Positions 8,536 through 19,362 of a DNA stretch of 64,000 bases are shown here, piece after piece. The translations under genes and the position numbers were made by a program. The first letter of the stretch is position 1. Every line of letters starts with the position of its first letter. The notes beneath the pieces are model-generated. The model was not told the DNA's origin and did no database searches. It worked only from the letters and a program-made list of their open reading frames with translations. The stretch covers positions 392,425 to 456,424 of the forward strand of contig JBBTRF010000001.1 in the NCBI GenBank assembly GCA_038065315.1. Direction: 5' to 3'. Origin of the DNA: Patescibacteria group bacterium (GTDB taxonomy: Bacteria; Patescibacteriota; Minisyncoccia; Phycocordibacterales; JBBTRF01).

Positions 8536-8841
8536 TTACGACAAAATTTTCTTCACTTTCACAAAACGACCATCGCGCTTCGGCGCATTCGTGAGCAATG
8601 CCTCGGAGTATTCGCCAGGGGTGTGCATGCGAACACCATCCTCGCGAAGCACATTTCGCACTTCGTCTTTCTTCTCACGCGAACGCTCCTCGGCTGTCTT
8701 CGGGGTACCGGAGACCTTCTGGATCTGAGCCACATAGCCCAAAATCGCCTCGATTTCTGTGCGCATTTGAGCCTTTTCCGCCTCCGTCAGCGAGATGCGC
8801 GAGAGCGCCGCCAACTTCTCGATATCCTTGATTTCCACCAT
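8536..8841 (-). CDS. gatC: Glutamyl/aspartyl-tRNA amidotransferase subunit C
   Basis: 101-aa ORF immediately upstream of gatA, MVEIKDIEKLAALSRISLTEAEKAQMRTEIEAIL (GatC N-terminal pattern). Confidence 0.85.
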   Translation of the reverse strand: MVEIKDIEKLAALSRISLTEAEKAQMRTEIEAILGYVAQIQKVSGTPKTAEERSREKKDEVRNVLREDGVRMHTPGEYSEALLTNAPKRDGRFVKVKKILS

Positions 8842-9013
8842 ATTCGGGTATCATAGCATATCTCTTTCGCCGACGCCCTAACTGGAGCCTCCATCCACAG
8901 GCGCCTCGACTTGCACTTTGTACATAAGTATTGTAGTATCCTACCCTAGTGCCATTGCACCGCTCCCGGCATAGTTTGCCGAGGGCAACTCGAAAATCCA
9001 TCGCGAAACACGC

Positions 9014-9250
9014 ATGAGCGCAAAAAAGCACATCGCACACGCCGACACCGCAGCAGCCAAAGGCCGGTTGACGACCCACCGTCGCCACTGGCGAATCGTC
9101 ACGGGCATCCTGGCCCTTACAGCAGAAGCTGCACCAGCCCGGTCCGTGGAAAAGAAGACCTCCCACCCTGACGAGCACCGTCACAAGGACCCCTTTTTCG
9201 GCGGTTTTGGTCAGGCCCTCAAGGCCTGTGCCCAGCTCGGCCTCGGCTAA
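9014..9250 (+). CDS. Small hypothetical protein (78 aa)
   Basis: ORF followed directly by a strong terminator (9275-9308); a TTGCAC-17-TAGTAT promoter-like element lies upstream at about 8884-8912. No homology recognised. Confidence 0.3.
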   Translation: MSAKKHIAHADTAAAKGRLTTHRRHWRIVTGILALTAEAAPARSVEKKTSHPDEHRHKDPFFGGFGQALKACAQLGLG

Positions 9251-9274
9251 GTCTCACACCGCAATTCTCTTACC

Positions 9275-9308
9275 GCGCCGCCTCCCCTGAGGCGGCGCTT
9301 CTTTATTT
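9275..9308 (+). terminator. Rho-independent terminator
   Basis: gcgccgcctc-ccctga-ggcggcgc stem followed by ttctttattt. Confidence 0.5.
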
Positions 9309-9328
9309 GCTCTCTTCCTTCGAGCAGA

Positions 9329-9356
9329 TTGACATCATCAGCCAGAAGCGTAGTAT
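9329..9356 (+). promoter_or_regulatory. Sigma70-like promoter (TTGACA-16-TAGTAT)
   Basis: Consensus -35 TTGACA at 9329-9334 and -10 TAGTAT at 9351-9356; implies the downstream CDS starts at the in-frame ATG at 9470, not at the TTG at 9329 given in the ORF track. Confidence 0.45.
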
Positions 9357-9469
9357 CCGAAGCAGAACGGTTCTTTAGTCTTTGCAATCTTTGGACAAAG
9401 GATACAACACAACAACTGGCGAACCGCTACGTTCAGCGGGGATCCAAGAAAGAAATCAGGTCTAATGCT

Positions 9470-10378
9470 ATGCGCAGGCAACCTCCAAATCAATCGGAAA
9501 CGGCCGACTGTCCGTTGAGCAATATCGGTGCAAACTACCTCCACCCGGCCATTCAACGGCTGAGTGATGACGGTGTAAACGTCGACCACTTCACCCGACT
9601 GGGTCGAGACCGACAATTCGCCCTACGGATGGCTCGAGCGTTTCGTTCAGGCGGATGGTCGTTGACACTCGGAGAAAGCGAGGCCTTCGACCTTCTCGGA
9701 GAAGACCGGATGTATCTGGCACCGGAAGTGATTCAGGTCTGGAATCGTAGCGGCGCGGCCATTCAAGAAGATGTTGTCTGGAAACATCGCGCCCTCTTCT
9801 ACTCAAGCCACATGCTTCGAGAGTCACACCCGACAAGGGAGCCTGGTGCCGACTGGAGACTGTTCTACATCCAAGGACTCTCGCCGTATGCAATGGAGGT
9901 GCGCCTCAATGACCTTGGCCGCTCGCCAGAAGGGCACCCTATGCGAAAGTTCTACCATTCACACATCGCTGGATGCTTTCGCTACTGGCAGAACATGCTC
10001 GTGGGAGGTTCTCCGAAGCCTGGTTACTATCTACTCAACCTGAACGCCACGGATCTGAGTCCTGAAGAGCATTGGGAGGTGCACCGGGAAGCGAAGGTTC
10101 GACATCATCCTGCCTCGGCAGCGATCTGGGTCGAAGCACTCATCACCGACCTTCTGATGAACGAGCGCAGCAGTTTCAAGCCCCAAGAATCAAGCGGAGC
10201 GATCGTTGGTGGGGCTTGGCATGAACCAAAGACACCAGAAGCAACGGGCGGAACACTCACTTTCACGCCCGTAGAAGATTCAAAATACCCACACAAGTTC
10301 ATATACAACTCAGCGAGAAAGGATGACACAAAGGGGACCATTGCGGTCTGGGACCACGACCTTGGCGGACTAACTTGA
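9470..10378 (+). CDS. Hypothetical protein (Trp/His-rich)
   Basis: Long ORF in frame with the 9329 track ORF; start set at MRRQPPNQ downstream of the promoter; followed by a terminator at about 10403-10436. Confidence 0.45.
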   Translation: MRRQPPNQSETADCPLSNIGANYLHPAIQRLSDDGVNVDHFTRLGRDRQFALRMARAFRSGGWSLTLGESEAFDLLGEDRMYLAPEVIQVWNRSGAAIQEDVVWKHRALFYSSHMLRESHPTREPGADWRLFYIQGLSPYAMEVRLNDLGRSPEGHPMRKFYHSHIAGCFRYWQNMLVGGSPKPGYYLLNLNATDLSPEEHWEVHREAKVRHHPASAAIWVEALITDLLMNERSSFKPQESSGAIVGGAWHEPKTPEATGGTLTFTPVEDSKYPHKFIYNSARKDDTKGTIAVWDHDLGGLT

Positions 10379-10402
10379 AATGAGCTGAACATCAGATACA
10401 AC

Positions 10403-10436
10403 CCCGGGCACGCGAGTGCTCGGGCTTTTTATTTCT
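10403..10436 (+). terminator. Rho-independent terminator
   Basis: cccgggcacgcgagtgctcggg hairpin followed by ctttttattt. Confidence 0.5.
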
Positions 10437-10449
10437 CTACTCCCCAATA

Positions 10450-12564
<2,115 letters not shown>

Positions 12565-13125
12565 CTAGTAGGTCGCGCGCAATCCTCGCTCGACACGCTT
12601 AGTAGAGGCGGTGGAATTGGTACAAATATTGTAGCCGCGAGAGTCGGTATTGGTGAAAATATCCCCGCTCCTGGTAGACTTGCTCACTGTCACGATCGCA
12701 CAAGGACCGTCAGTGTCCGCAACATTCGTCCCTGAGGCGCCGCTGCGAGCAGTGAGATACACGGTGAGTGTCGTGATTGCCGTGTCGCTCGAAGCATAGT
12801 ACAGAGGCGTCGCGACCGGCATCGTCGGAACGCCGCACGCGTACAAGAATTGCGGGCTGAGCGCGACCTGCGGATTCATCGTACTCGTCGCAAAGGCGAT
12901 GCTGCCGCCGCGGAATTTCAAATCATAATACAAGGCGCACTCCATGCCCGCGTCGGCAGCAAACAACGCGATTTGCGACTCCGCCGCAGACTGCGCCAAG
13001 GCAAAGTCGCGCAGTGCAATATCAAAAATACCGAGACTGATCGAGATGAGCAAGCTAATGATCAATAGCGAATACAGGATCGTGAAACCGCCGCGTGTAT
13101 TTTGTTTTCGGTTATTGCCAATCAT
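12565..13125 (-). CDS. Type IV pilus minor pilin / pseudopilin-like protein (start uncertain)
   Basis: N-terminus RGGFTILYSLLIISLLISISLGI resembles a prepilin leader plus hydrophobic helix (lacks E5); last gene of a 4-gene pseudopilin run. Confidence 0.55.
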   Translation of the reverse strand: MIGNNRKQNTRGGFTILYSLLIISLLISISLGIFDIALRDFALAQSAAESQIALFAADAGMECALYYDLKFRGGSIAFATSTMNPQVALSPQFLYACGVPTMPVATPLYYASSDTAITTLTVYLTARSGASGTNVADTDGPCAIVTVSKSTRSGDIFTNTDSRGYNICTNSTASTKRVERGLRATY

Positions 13126-13714
13126 ATACTTCATCATATAATGAAATTTTCTTTTCCCCACCGAGGATGCCCTCATACCAGATCACATCAACACGAATCA
13201 GCAATTCTCGGCTATCAGGCGATACATTTAACGGCGAAATGGTGATCTCTCGGCGAAATTGGCTTTCGATGATGCCGTCACTGATCGGAGCGTGTCCGAA
13301 ATAGCCACTAAAAGGCAGGAGGGGGGAAGAAAGAAAAGTGAGCGGATCGCAGTTCACAGAACACGGGAGTATTGTCACAGCTCGCGTCACGGTATTCGAG
13401 ATTGCCTCGCTCGGACTATATTGCGTATCAACATCGCACTTCCCGACAATACACAGAGCGTAGACGTTACCAAGCGTGTTCCAGGTCCCGCCCTGGAGTG
13501 AATTCGTATCGCGCACATTTCGCAAAAATTCCATGGCATCCTGGGCGAGATAGTACGCCGTGGTACGGTTCTTTGTGTACGTCGAAGTCTTCACACTTTT
13601 CTGCGCGATCGTAAGTGGGCCGACGATCGACAGCATGAGCAACGACACCGCGACGAGCGTCTCAAGTAGAGTGAATCCATTTTTGATCTGTGTCGATATC
13701 GGTTTCATACTCAT
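13112..13714 (-). CDS. Pseudopilin (type IV pilin-like, N-terminal methylation motif)
   Basis: KNGFTLLETLVAVSLLMLSIV prepilin peptidase cleavage/methylation motif. Confidence 0.7.
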   Translation of the reverse strand: MSMKPISTQIKNGFTLLETLVAVSLLMLSIVGPLTIAQKSVKTSTYTKNRTTAYYLAQDAMEFLRNVRDTNSLQGGTWNTLGNVYALCIVGKCDVDTQYSPSEAISNTVTRAVTILPCSVNCDPLTFLSSPLLPFSGYFGHAPISDGIIESQFRREITISPLNVSPDSRELLIRVDVIWYEGILGGEKKISLYDEVYDWQ

Positions 13715-14277
13715 CGATTTAATGTTCGCTGGCTGATAGTGGTGGAAATATTCACATTGCTACGATATTTTGTCTTGTCGCTTACATGCGCCTTCAGCAG
13801 CAAGTGCAGATATGGCTGTGCAGAGGGCTGGCCGAGCGCGGTCTGCGGATCAAGATAAAAATACAACTTGTCGACGATCAGCGCCGGATCGGTAAGCGTT
13901 TCGATTGGGCCGCTACCGACCTGCATCTTTATCTGCTTATTTTCAACAAAGTACGAGGTACTGTTGGCAGCCGTCTTGCCTTGAGGTACAAACGTGATCC
14001 TCGAATTATTATCAGCAAGTGGCGTCACGGCCCACGCCTTCCCCGTACGCAAGGAGCGCGACATGTCGTCGATCACGAAATTGAGATTATCGACGGCCGT
14101 GTTGGTGGCTTGGGATTTTCGATTAGCATCGATGATCGACAGCATTGAGCTCGCCGCTACCGTCATTACGGAGATGAAAAGTGATAGCGATACGATCATC
14201 TCGATGAGTGTGAAGCCGCGCGCGCTTCGCCGCGCGGCATTCATCTGGCTTGTTCGTTTTTTAAAAAAAAGTTTCAT
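13711..14277 (-). CDS. Pseudopilin (type IV pilin-like)
   Basis: ARGFTLIEMIVSLSLFISVM prepilin motif; 4-nt overlap with neighbours (operon). Confidence 0.7.
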   Translation of the reverse strand: MKLFFKKRTSQMNAARRSARGFTLIEMIVSLSLFISVMTVAASSMLSIIDANRKSQATNTAVDNLNFVIDDMSRSLRTGKAWAVTPLADNNSRITFVPQGKTAANSTSYFVENKQIKMQVGSGPIETLTDPALIVDKLYFYLDPQTALGQPSAQPYLHLLLKAHVSDKTKYRSNVNISTTISQRTLNR

Positions 14278-14289
14278 TCGATGTATTTG

Positions 14290-14997
14290 CTATGGGCACA
14301 CATTCGCAGCAACGACCGCGGCACCATACCCATCACCAGTATCTATCTTCGGATTTTCAACCACTCCGACCTGGCCAGCACTCGTCACCTTCACGGCCTT
14401 GCAGATACCTTGCACGTTCTTCACCACCACCACCGCAGAGGTCGCGAACAAAATACTTGAAGTTGGATCGGTCTGCGAAGAGTCACGAATCGCCGCACTC
14501 AGCTGTGGACGGAGAAAGCTCACGTCGAGCCACGTGAGCGGGCCAGTGCCGGAATTGCTGCACACCGGCGAGAGTCCCGAGCGGATCGTGCAGAACATCA
14601 CCACTTCGGTGCCGGAGCCGATCTGATACGTGCGGACCAACGCGTCGGCGGCGCTTGCGGGCGTGCTCGTAAATTGCCGATCGCCCACCGCCGCCGACCC
14701 ACCCGACGCCGGCGGATAGCTATCACCAAAGAGCAAGTACGAGGTCGGCGTCGCCGTATCAAAATGCACACCATACGGGGTGACGTAGATATACGCGCCC
14801 GATTGCGACGGATCCACACCACGCACATTCACGCCATACGCCTGTGCCTCGCGAAAAGTGAGGGCGAGCTGGTATGCCGTGTTGCCGATCACGACGTTGC
14901 CTTTGAATTGAGAATTCTTCACCAACAAGGTGGTGGTGAGAAGCATGAAAATGCCCAAAGACACGAGCATTTCAAAGAGGGTGAACCCGCGATTCAT
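14290..14997 (-). CDS. Pseudopilin (type IV pilin-like); true start internal to the track ORF
   Basis: The track ORF 14290..15381 has a compositionally implausible N-terminal 128 aa and overlaps pilD; the real start is MNRGFTLFEMLVSLGIFML (prepilin motif) at 14997. Confidence 0.7.
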   Translation of the reverse strand: MNRGFTLFEMLVSLGIFMLLTTTLLVKNSQFKGNVVIGNTAYQLALTFREAQAYGVNVRGVDPSQSGAYIYVTPYGVHFDTATPTSYLLFGDSYPPASGGSAAVGDRQFTSTPASAADALVRTYQIGSGTEVVMFCTIRSGLSPVCSNSGTGPLTWLDVSFLRPQLSAAIRDSSQTDPTSSILFATSAVVVVKNVQGICKAVKVTSAGQVGVVENPKIDTGDGYGAAVVAANVCP

Positions 14998-15011
14998 CCC
15001 TGTATTGTATG

Positions 15012-15905
15012 TCAAAAAAGGTTCTGAATGAAGAGGACAATGTCGGTCGGCATTACGCCCGTCGCATATACGAGCACCGTGCCGATGATGAGAAATGGTG
15101 CAAACGGGATCTCGCTTTTCATATGCAATCGAGCGCCGAGAGCTGGCCCCAAGAGTTGGCCAAAGCGCTGACCAAAACGTTGGACCGCAAGCATGACCAC
15201 GGCTACCAACGCCCCCAGCCAAAAGGCCAAAACGACGGCCGAAACGCCACCAGAAAGGCCGAGAAACCAGCCCATGCCCAAAGCCAGCTTTCCATCGCCA
15301 AGGCCAATCCAGCGGCCCCCAGACACCTTCCAGAGCAAATAGAATGGCAGGAACAGGAGCGGGCCAGCGGCGAGTAGCCAAGGAATGGCTTGAAATAACG
15401 TGTTGGTGTATTCGAGGCTGGAGGGAGCTGAGAAAAGACGACCCAGGCTGTACACCAGAGCGAATGCGGCGAAGGCGTACGCCAGAGCATCGGGAATGAT
15501 CTTGTGTCGCAGGTCATACACGCCGATCACCACGAGAAGCGAGAGAATGATGAGCGCGAGTAAAAGTCCAAAAGAATGCGCACCGACTGCTTCATGTAGA
15601 AATGCCACGACAAATAATAGGCCGGTGAGTAATTCGACGAGCGGGTACTGCCATGAAAGCCGGCACTTGCAGCCGCGGCATCGTCCGCCTTGAGCGAGAA
15701 AGCTCGCCACAGGGACCAACTCGTACCACGCGAGCGTTTTATCGCAAGAAAAACAATGCGACCGGCCGCCGCCAAAAAGCGCCTGACGGAGGCGGCCGGT
15801 GTTGTACCGCAGCACCACTACATTCAGAAAGCTCCCCACCAACATGCCGAGGACAAAGACAGCAACGATAAACGGAGTCGGAATCAAAAGCGCAGTCGCC
15901 AACAT
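15012..15905 (-). CDS. pilD: Prepilin peptidase (A24 family)
   Basis: Polytopic membrane protein with the CxxC...CxxC zinc motif (CFSCDKT...CRGCKC) and conserved Asp-containing loops typical of PilD. Confidence 0.85.
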   Translation of the reverse strand: MLATALLIPTPFIVAVFVLGMLVGSFLNVVVLRYNTGRLRQALFGGGRSHCFSCDKTLAWYELVPVASFLAQGGRCRGCKCRLSWQYPLVELLTGLLFVVAFLHEAVGAHSFGLLLALIILSLLVVIGVYDLRHKIIPDALAYAFAAFALVYSLGRLFSAPSSLEYTNTLFQAIPWLLAAGPLLFLPFYLLWKVSGGRWIGLGDGKLALGMGWFLGLSGGVSAVVLAFWLGALVAVVMLAVQRFGQRFGQLLGPALGARLHMKSEIPFAPFLIIGTVLVYATGVMPTDIVLFIQNLF

Positions 15906-15906
15906 G

Positions 15907-16440
15907 TTATTGATTTACGACGTCGAAGCAGCGATCGTTTGCATTGTCAGCGACGGCCGAGGCGGTAGTACACGCTGAGGAGAGGCCAGCAAAGTTGGTG
16001 CCGCCGCTAGGACAAACACCGGTGGTAGAAACACCATCGGCATCACCGGTCAAGGTCGGATTATTCTGCTCCAGGATCGCACCAAGATGATAGCCTGTGC
16101 AACTAGTAGCACCAAGTGCAGCATAGGCGTAGCTCGCCCCAGCACTTGGATCTGTTGGTAAAGTCGAAATATAGGTCGGCGCAACACAGCCAGTGCCAGT
16201 GCAGAGCGTGGTCGGGTACCTCCCCAAATTCTGGTCCGCATAGAGTTCGAGTGCCAATTGGATCTGCTTGATATCAGAGACACGTCGTGCATCTCTTCCC
16301 TTTGCACGGGCCGTATTCAAGCTGGCAAGTACTACCGAAGACAGAATGCCGATGATTGCAATGACCACCAACAATTCGATGAGGGTGAAGGCTTTCTGTC
16401 CTACGCTTTTCTGCTGATTTTTATGTTGAATAGAATTCAT
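15907..16440 (-). CDS. Type IV major pilin paralog 1
   Basis: Start at MNSIQHKNQQKSVGQKAFTLIELLVVIAIIGILSSVVLASLNTAR (class III signal, G-1/F+1/E+5); the upstream 62 codons of the track ORF rejected. Confidence 0.8.
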   Translation of the reverse strand: MNSIQHKNQQKSVGQKAFTLIELLVVIAIIGILSSVVLASLNTARAKGRDARRVSDIKQIQLALELYADQNLGRYPTTLCTGTGCVAPTYISTLPTDPSAGASYAYAALGATSCTGYHLGAILEQNNPTLTGDADGVSTTGVCPSGGTNFAGLSSACTTASAVADNANDRCFDVVNQ

Positions 16441-16442
16441 GA

Positions 16443-16910
16443 TTAGTTGCAACCAGCCACCACGCCACCGCCGGAATTGCTTCGAGCGCTGAATGGGCCT
16501 GCAGACAAAGTGCCGGCACCATTCTCCAAGTAGCTGCAGACCTGAAAGTTCTGAGCGGTTGCACCTGCAGTGCCATCTTCCTTTGAGATCGAATACTGAC
16601 AGCTTGCAGCGCTTGCGCCGGCACATGGAGTGGTTGCGCCCGACACATCATGATACAGAGAGAAGTTTGGCGTGGTACAGGTTGATGCATCAGCATATGC
16701 ACCTGTGCAGCCGGCAAGAACCGGAGCGGGGTCAATATCAATGACCTGAATTCCCTTCACCATCTGAGCAACCTCAGCGATACGTCGAGCATCTCGGGCC
16801 TTTGCTCGAGCACTGTTCAAGCTCGCCAATACGACTGAAGACAAGATACCGATGATTGCAATGACAACGAGGAGCTCGACGAGGGTGAAGCCTTTTCTTT
16901 GATGATTCAT
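16443..16910 (-). CDS. Type IV major pilin paralog 2
   Basis: MNHQRKGFTLVELLVVIAIIGILSSVVLASLNSAR; Cys pairs in the variable C-terminal domain. Confidence 0.8.
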   Translation of the reverse strand: MNHQRKGFTLVELLVVIAIIGILSSVVLASLNSARAKARDARRIAEVAQMVKGIQVIDIDPAPVLAGCTGAYADASTCTTPNFSLYHDVSGATTPCAGASAASCQYSISKEDGTAGATAQNFQVCSYLENGAGTLSAGPFSARSNSGGGVVAGCN

Positions 16911-16913
16911 GGA

Positions 16914-17384
16914 TTATTCAGTGACAGTACATGTTGTGGCCGCAATATCCAGCAAGGTGGTCGTTTTAGCAGATCGGCCAATTCCGTCGACACACCACAT
17001 CATCGGAGTCGAATCGGAAGATTCAGCCAGCGGAACTTCGACAGCCCATTCTTTTACACTATCGTGACAAGTCGCCTTATCCCAACTACCATTTGTTCCA
17101 TTATTCTGGATCGCGGAAATTTTATTGACTCGTGCGGTATTAGACAACTGAACACTTATTTTATCGTCCGTACAAATGCCTAAGTATGAATTGTCATTTG
17201 CGTAGAAAAAGATCTCTGCTTGTTTCTGCAACTCGGAAAGACCTCGCTTTACCCCAGTATCATTACCTTTCGTCCTACTCGAACGAATACTCACCGTCAC
17301 AACACTGACAAGTAGGCCTATTATTGCGATCACGACCATCAATTCCATCAAGGTAAAACCGTTCTTATTTATTATATGTTTCAT
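16914..17384 (-). CDS. Type IV major pilin paralog 3
   Basis: MKHIINKNGFTLMELMVVIAIIGLLVSVV prepilin motif. Confidence 0.8.
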   Translation of the reverse strand: MKHIINKNGFTLMELMVVIAIIGLLVSVVTVSIRSSRTKGNDTGVKRGLSELQKQAEIFFYANDNSYLGICTDDKISVQLSNTARVNKISAIQNNGTNGSWDKATCHDSVKEWAVEVPLAESSDSTPMMWCVDGIGRSAKTTTLLDIAATTCTVTE

Positions 17385-17444
17385 CTAAAAAAATACTAAT
17401 GTGATATGAAGACATTATACACCCTTGGTTTAATAAAACCATAG

Positions 17445-17472
17445 CAAAAAATCCCCTCGTGGGGATTTTTTG
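17445..17472 (-). terminator. Bidirectional rho-independent terminator between pilin genes
   Basis: aaaaaa-tcccctcgtgggga-tttttt (A-run, 6-bp GC stem, T-run). Confidence 0.55.
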
Positions 17473-17491
17473 TAAATCGGCAAAAACCGAA

Positions 17492-17920
17492 TTAGTTACA
17501 CTTTCCGTTTGTAAGATTGGCGGTAGTACTCGTTGCGCTACCTGTGTAGTCAACACACCAGTTGCCACTACTCTTGAGAGCCGCAGACACCACATATCCG
17601 TACTGTCCACTTACACAGCTCAAGGCAACGCCAGTAGACTTGATAGATGCAATCATCTGACCGACAGTAGGATCAGCAAAGAGACCAGTTGCACAAGCAG
17701 TGGTGTCTGTAGTAGATCCAGACGACATACCATAGTGGTTGTTTGTATCGTAGTAGAGAGCGGCCTGGGTTCGAAGATTATTCAAGTTTGACTTGATATT
17801 TGCGTCCGCACCCTTGCTTCGAGCACTGTTCAAGCTCGCCAATACGACTGAAGACAAGATACCGATGATTGCGATGACCACCAACAATTCGATGAGTGTA
17901 AAACCTCGTGAATTCTTCAT
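17492..17920 (-). CDS. Type IV major pilin paralog 4 (followed by its own terminator, likely the expressed major pilin)
   Basis: MKNSRGFTLIELLVVIAIIGILSSVVLASLNSARSKG; N-terminal 30 codons nearly identical at DNA level to paralogs 1 and 2. Confidence 0.8.
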   Translation of the reverse strand: MKNSRGFTLIELLVVIAIIGILSSVVLASLNSARSKGADANIKSNLNNLRTQAALYYDTNNHYGMSSGSTTDTTACATGLFADPTVGQMIASIKSTGVALSCVSGQYGYVVSAALKSSGNWCVDYTGSATSTTANLTNGKCN

Positions 17921-18061
17921 ATTATAAATCGATTAATTTCTAATGTGTAATAATGTAATTGAATGAATATTTTCGGTTTTCCCCTCGACCGCCTTCGTTG
18001 CTGAAGGTCGTATACAAACCTTGCCCTTTATTATACTCCTGTTGATTGGCCATGGAAATGG

Positions 18062-18119
18062 GGCTGTGGATAACAAAAGACCCGCGCCGTACGGCGCGGG
18101 TCTTTTGTTATCCACAGCC
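18062..18119. repeat. 58-bp perfect palindrome (29-bp arms) containing two inverted consensus DnaA boxes and a GC hairpin plus T-tract
   Basis: ggctgtggataacaaaagacccgcgccg|ta|cggcgcgggtcttttgttatccacagcc; TGTGGATAA (18065-18073) and TTATCCACA (18108-18116) equal the DnaA-box consensus; inner part acts as a terminator for the 18123..19259 gene. Confidence 0.6.
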
Positions 18120-18122
18120 AGC

Positions 18123-19259
18123 TTATATGAAGTTGGGATAGTTCTCCCTATTCACCACCTGCACTTCTTTGCCATAAGTCGCTACAAATTGTGATGGTGT
18201 CTTTCCACCTCCCTTGCTCCATTTGCACTCAAAAGCCTCTATGCGGCCATCCACCACTTCAATCAGGTCGATCTCCGTACCGCCTCGGCTCCTCCAGAAG
18301 AACCTTTGTACGATCTCTCCCTTGTACTCACTCGCTTTCATCCGCTCCACCACCACGAAATTCTCCCACAATTGGCCGATATCAGGCCGCTCTGCTGCCG
18401 GCTGAAATTGCTCAATGAGGGCATTTCGTATTCCTAGATCGTAGAAGTAGTATTTCTTGCTCTGCGTGATCTCTTTCCGTGGATTGCGAGAAAAAGCATC
18501 CAAATGAAAGATCACAAAGCTCTTTTCCAACAGATCCAGATAGCGGGCCACCGTCTTTACGCTCACATTGAGTGAGTTGGCGATCTCATTCAACGACACC
18601 TCCTTGCCGATCTGAAACGCAATGAGCGTTGCAACTTTCCGAAATACATCTGGGTAGTCCAACCTTTCGAGCATGAGCACATCCTTGAAAAGATAGTCCT
18701 CAACAATCTGGGTGAGGTATCTTTTTTTCTCGTCGTGAGTCGCGAGGGCATACACATATGGATATCCACCGTACAAAAGCTGATTATCGAGCAGTCCGGA
18801 GATCTTGTACTCAGACAAGTCCTGCGCAAGTTCTCGCGTACTCAATGGGTACAGGGAAAAAGCATTGTTTCGTCCCGTAAGATGTTCCTTCGCCCCGCTG
18901 GAAAGCTGGAGAGATGAAGAGCCTGTCACAAAGATCCTCTTTTGGGGAAACAGATCAGTGACAATCTTCAGAGCCAACGTGACCCCCGGGATACGTTGCG
19001 CCTCATCGACGAAAATCACATCGTGATTCTTCACAAGCTGAGTAAGCGCCACTTCCGAGTTGGTCGAAAGGGCCTTCACGGACTCCTCGGTATCACCATT
19101 GAAATGGAGGATCTTTGCCTCTCCGTCTTCTTTCCGAAATGTCTCACGGATCTGTTGGAGCAGGATCGTTTTCCCCACTCGACGAGCGCCGTAGATCAAA
19201 GTAACGAAGCCCTCCCTTTGGCTTTTTACGATATTTTCTAGAAGCGTTCTTTTGTACAT
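18123..19259 (-). CDS. AAA+ superfamily ATPase (AAA_14 + DUF4143 architecture)
   Basis: Walker A GARRVGKT, Walker B VIFVDEAQ, C-terminal DUF4143-like region; 378 aa typical of this family. Confidence 0.75.
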   Translation of the reverse strand: MYKRTLLENIVKSQREGFVTLIYGARRVGKTILLQQIRETFRKEDGEAKILHFNGDTEESVKALSTNSEVALTQLVKNHDVIFVDEAQRIPGVTLALKIVTDLFPQKRIFVTGSSSLQLSSGAKEHLTGRNNAFSLYPLSTRELAQDLSEYKISGLLDNQLLYGGYPYVYALATHDEKKRYLTQIVEDYLFKDVLMLERLDYPDVFRKVATLIAFQIGKEVSLNEIANSLNVSVKTVARYLDLLEKSFVIFHLDAFSRNPRKEITQSKKYYFYDLGIRNALIEQFQPAAERPDIGQLWENFVVVERMKASEYKGEIVQRFFWRSRGGTEIDLIEVVDGRIEAFECKWSKGGGKTPSQFVATYGKEVQVVNRENYPNFI

Positions 19260-19362
19260 AGTCTCTAAATACTAGTGTATTTGTGGAGTATTGTCAACAA
19301 AAATAGCCTTATTTGTGGATAATTATCAAAAAATGGCTAAAAACAGCTGTTTCTAGGCATCT

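Noticed and set aside
14290-15381. 363-aa track ORF extending the pseudopilin gene upstream
   Set aside because: The first 128 residues are Trp/Arg/Gly-rich nonsense and overlap pilD. A canonical prepilin start (MNRGFTLFEMLVSL) lies at 14997.
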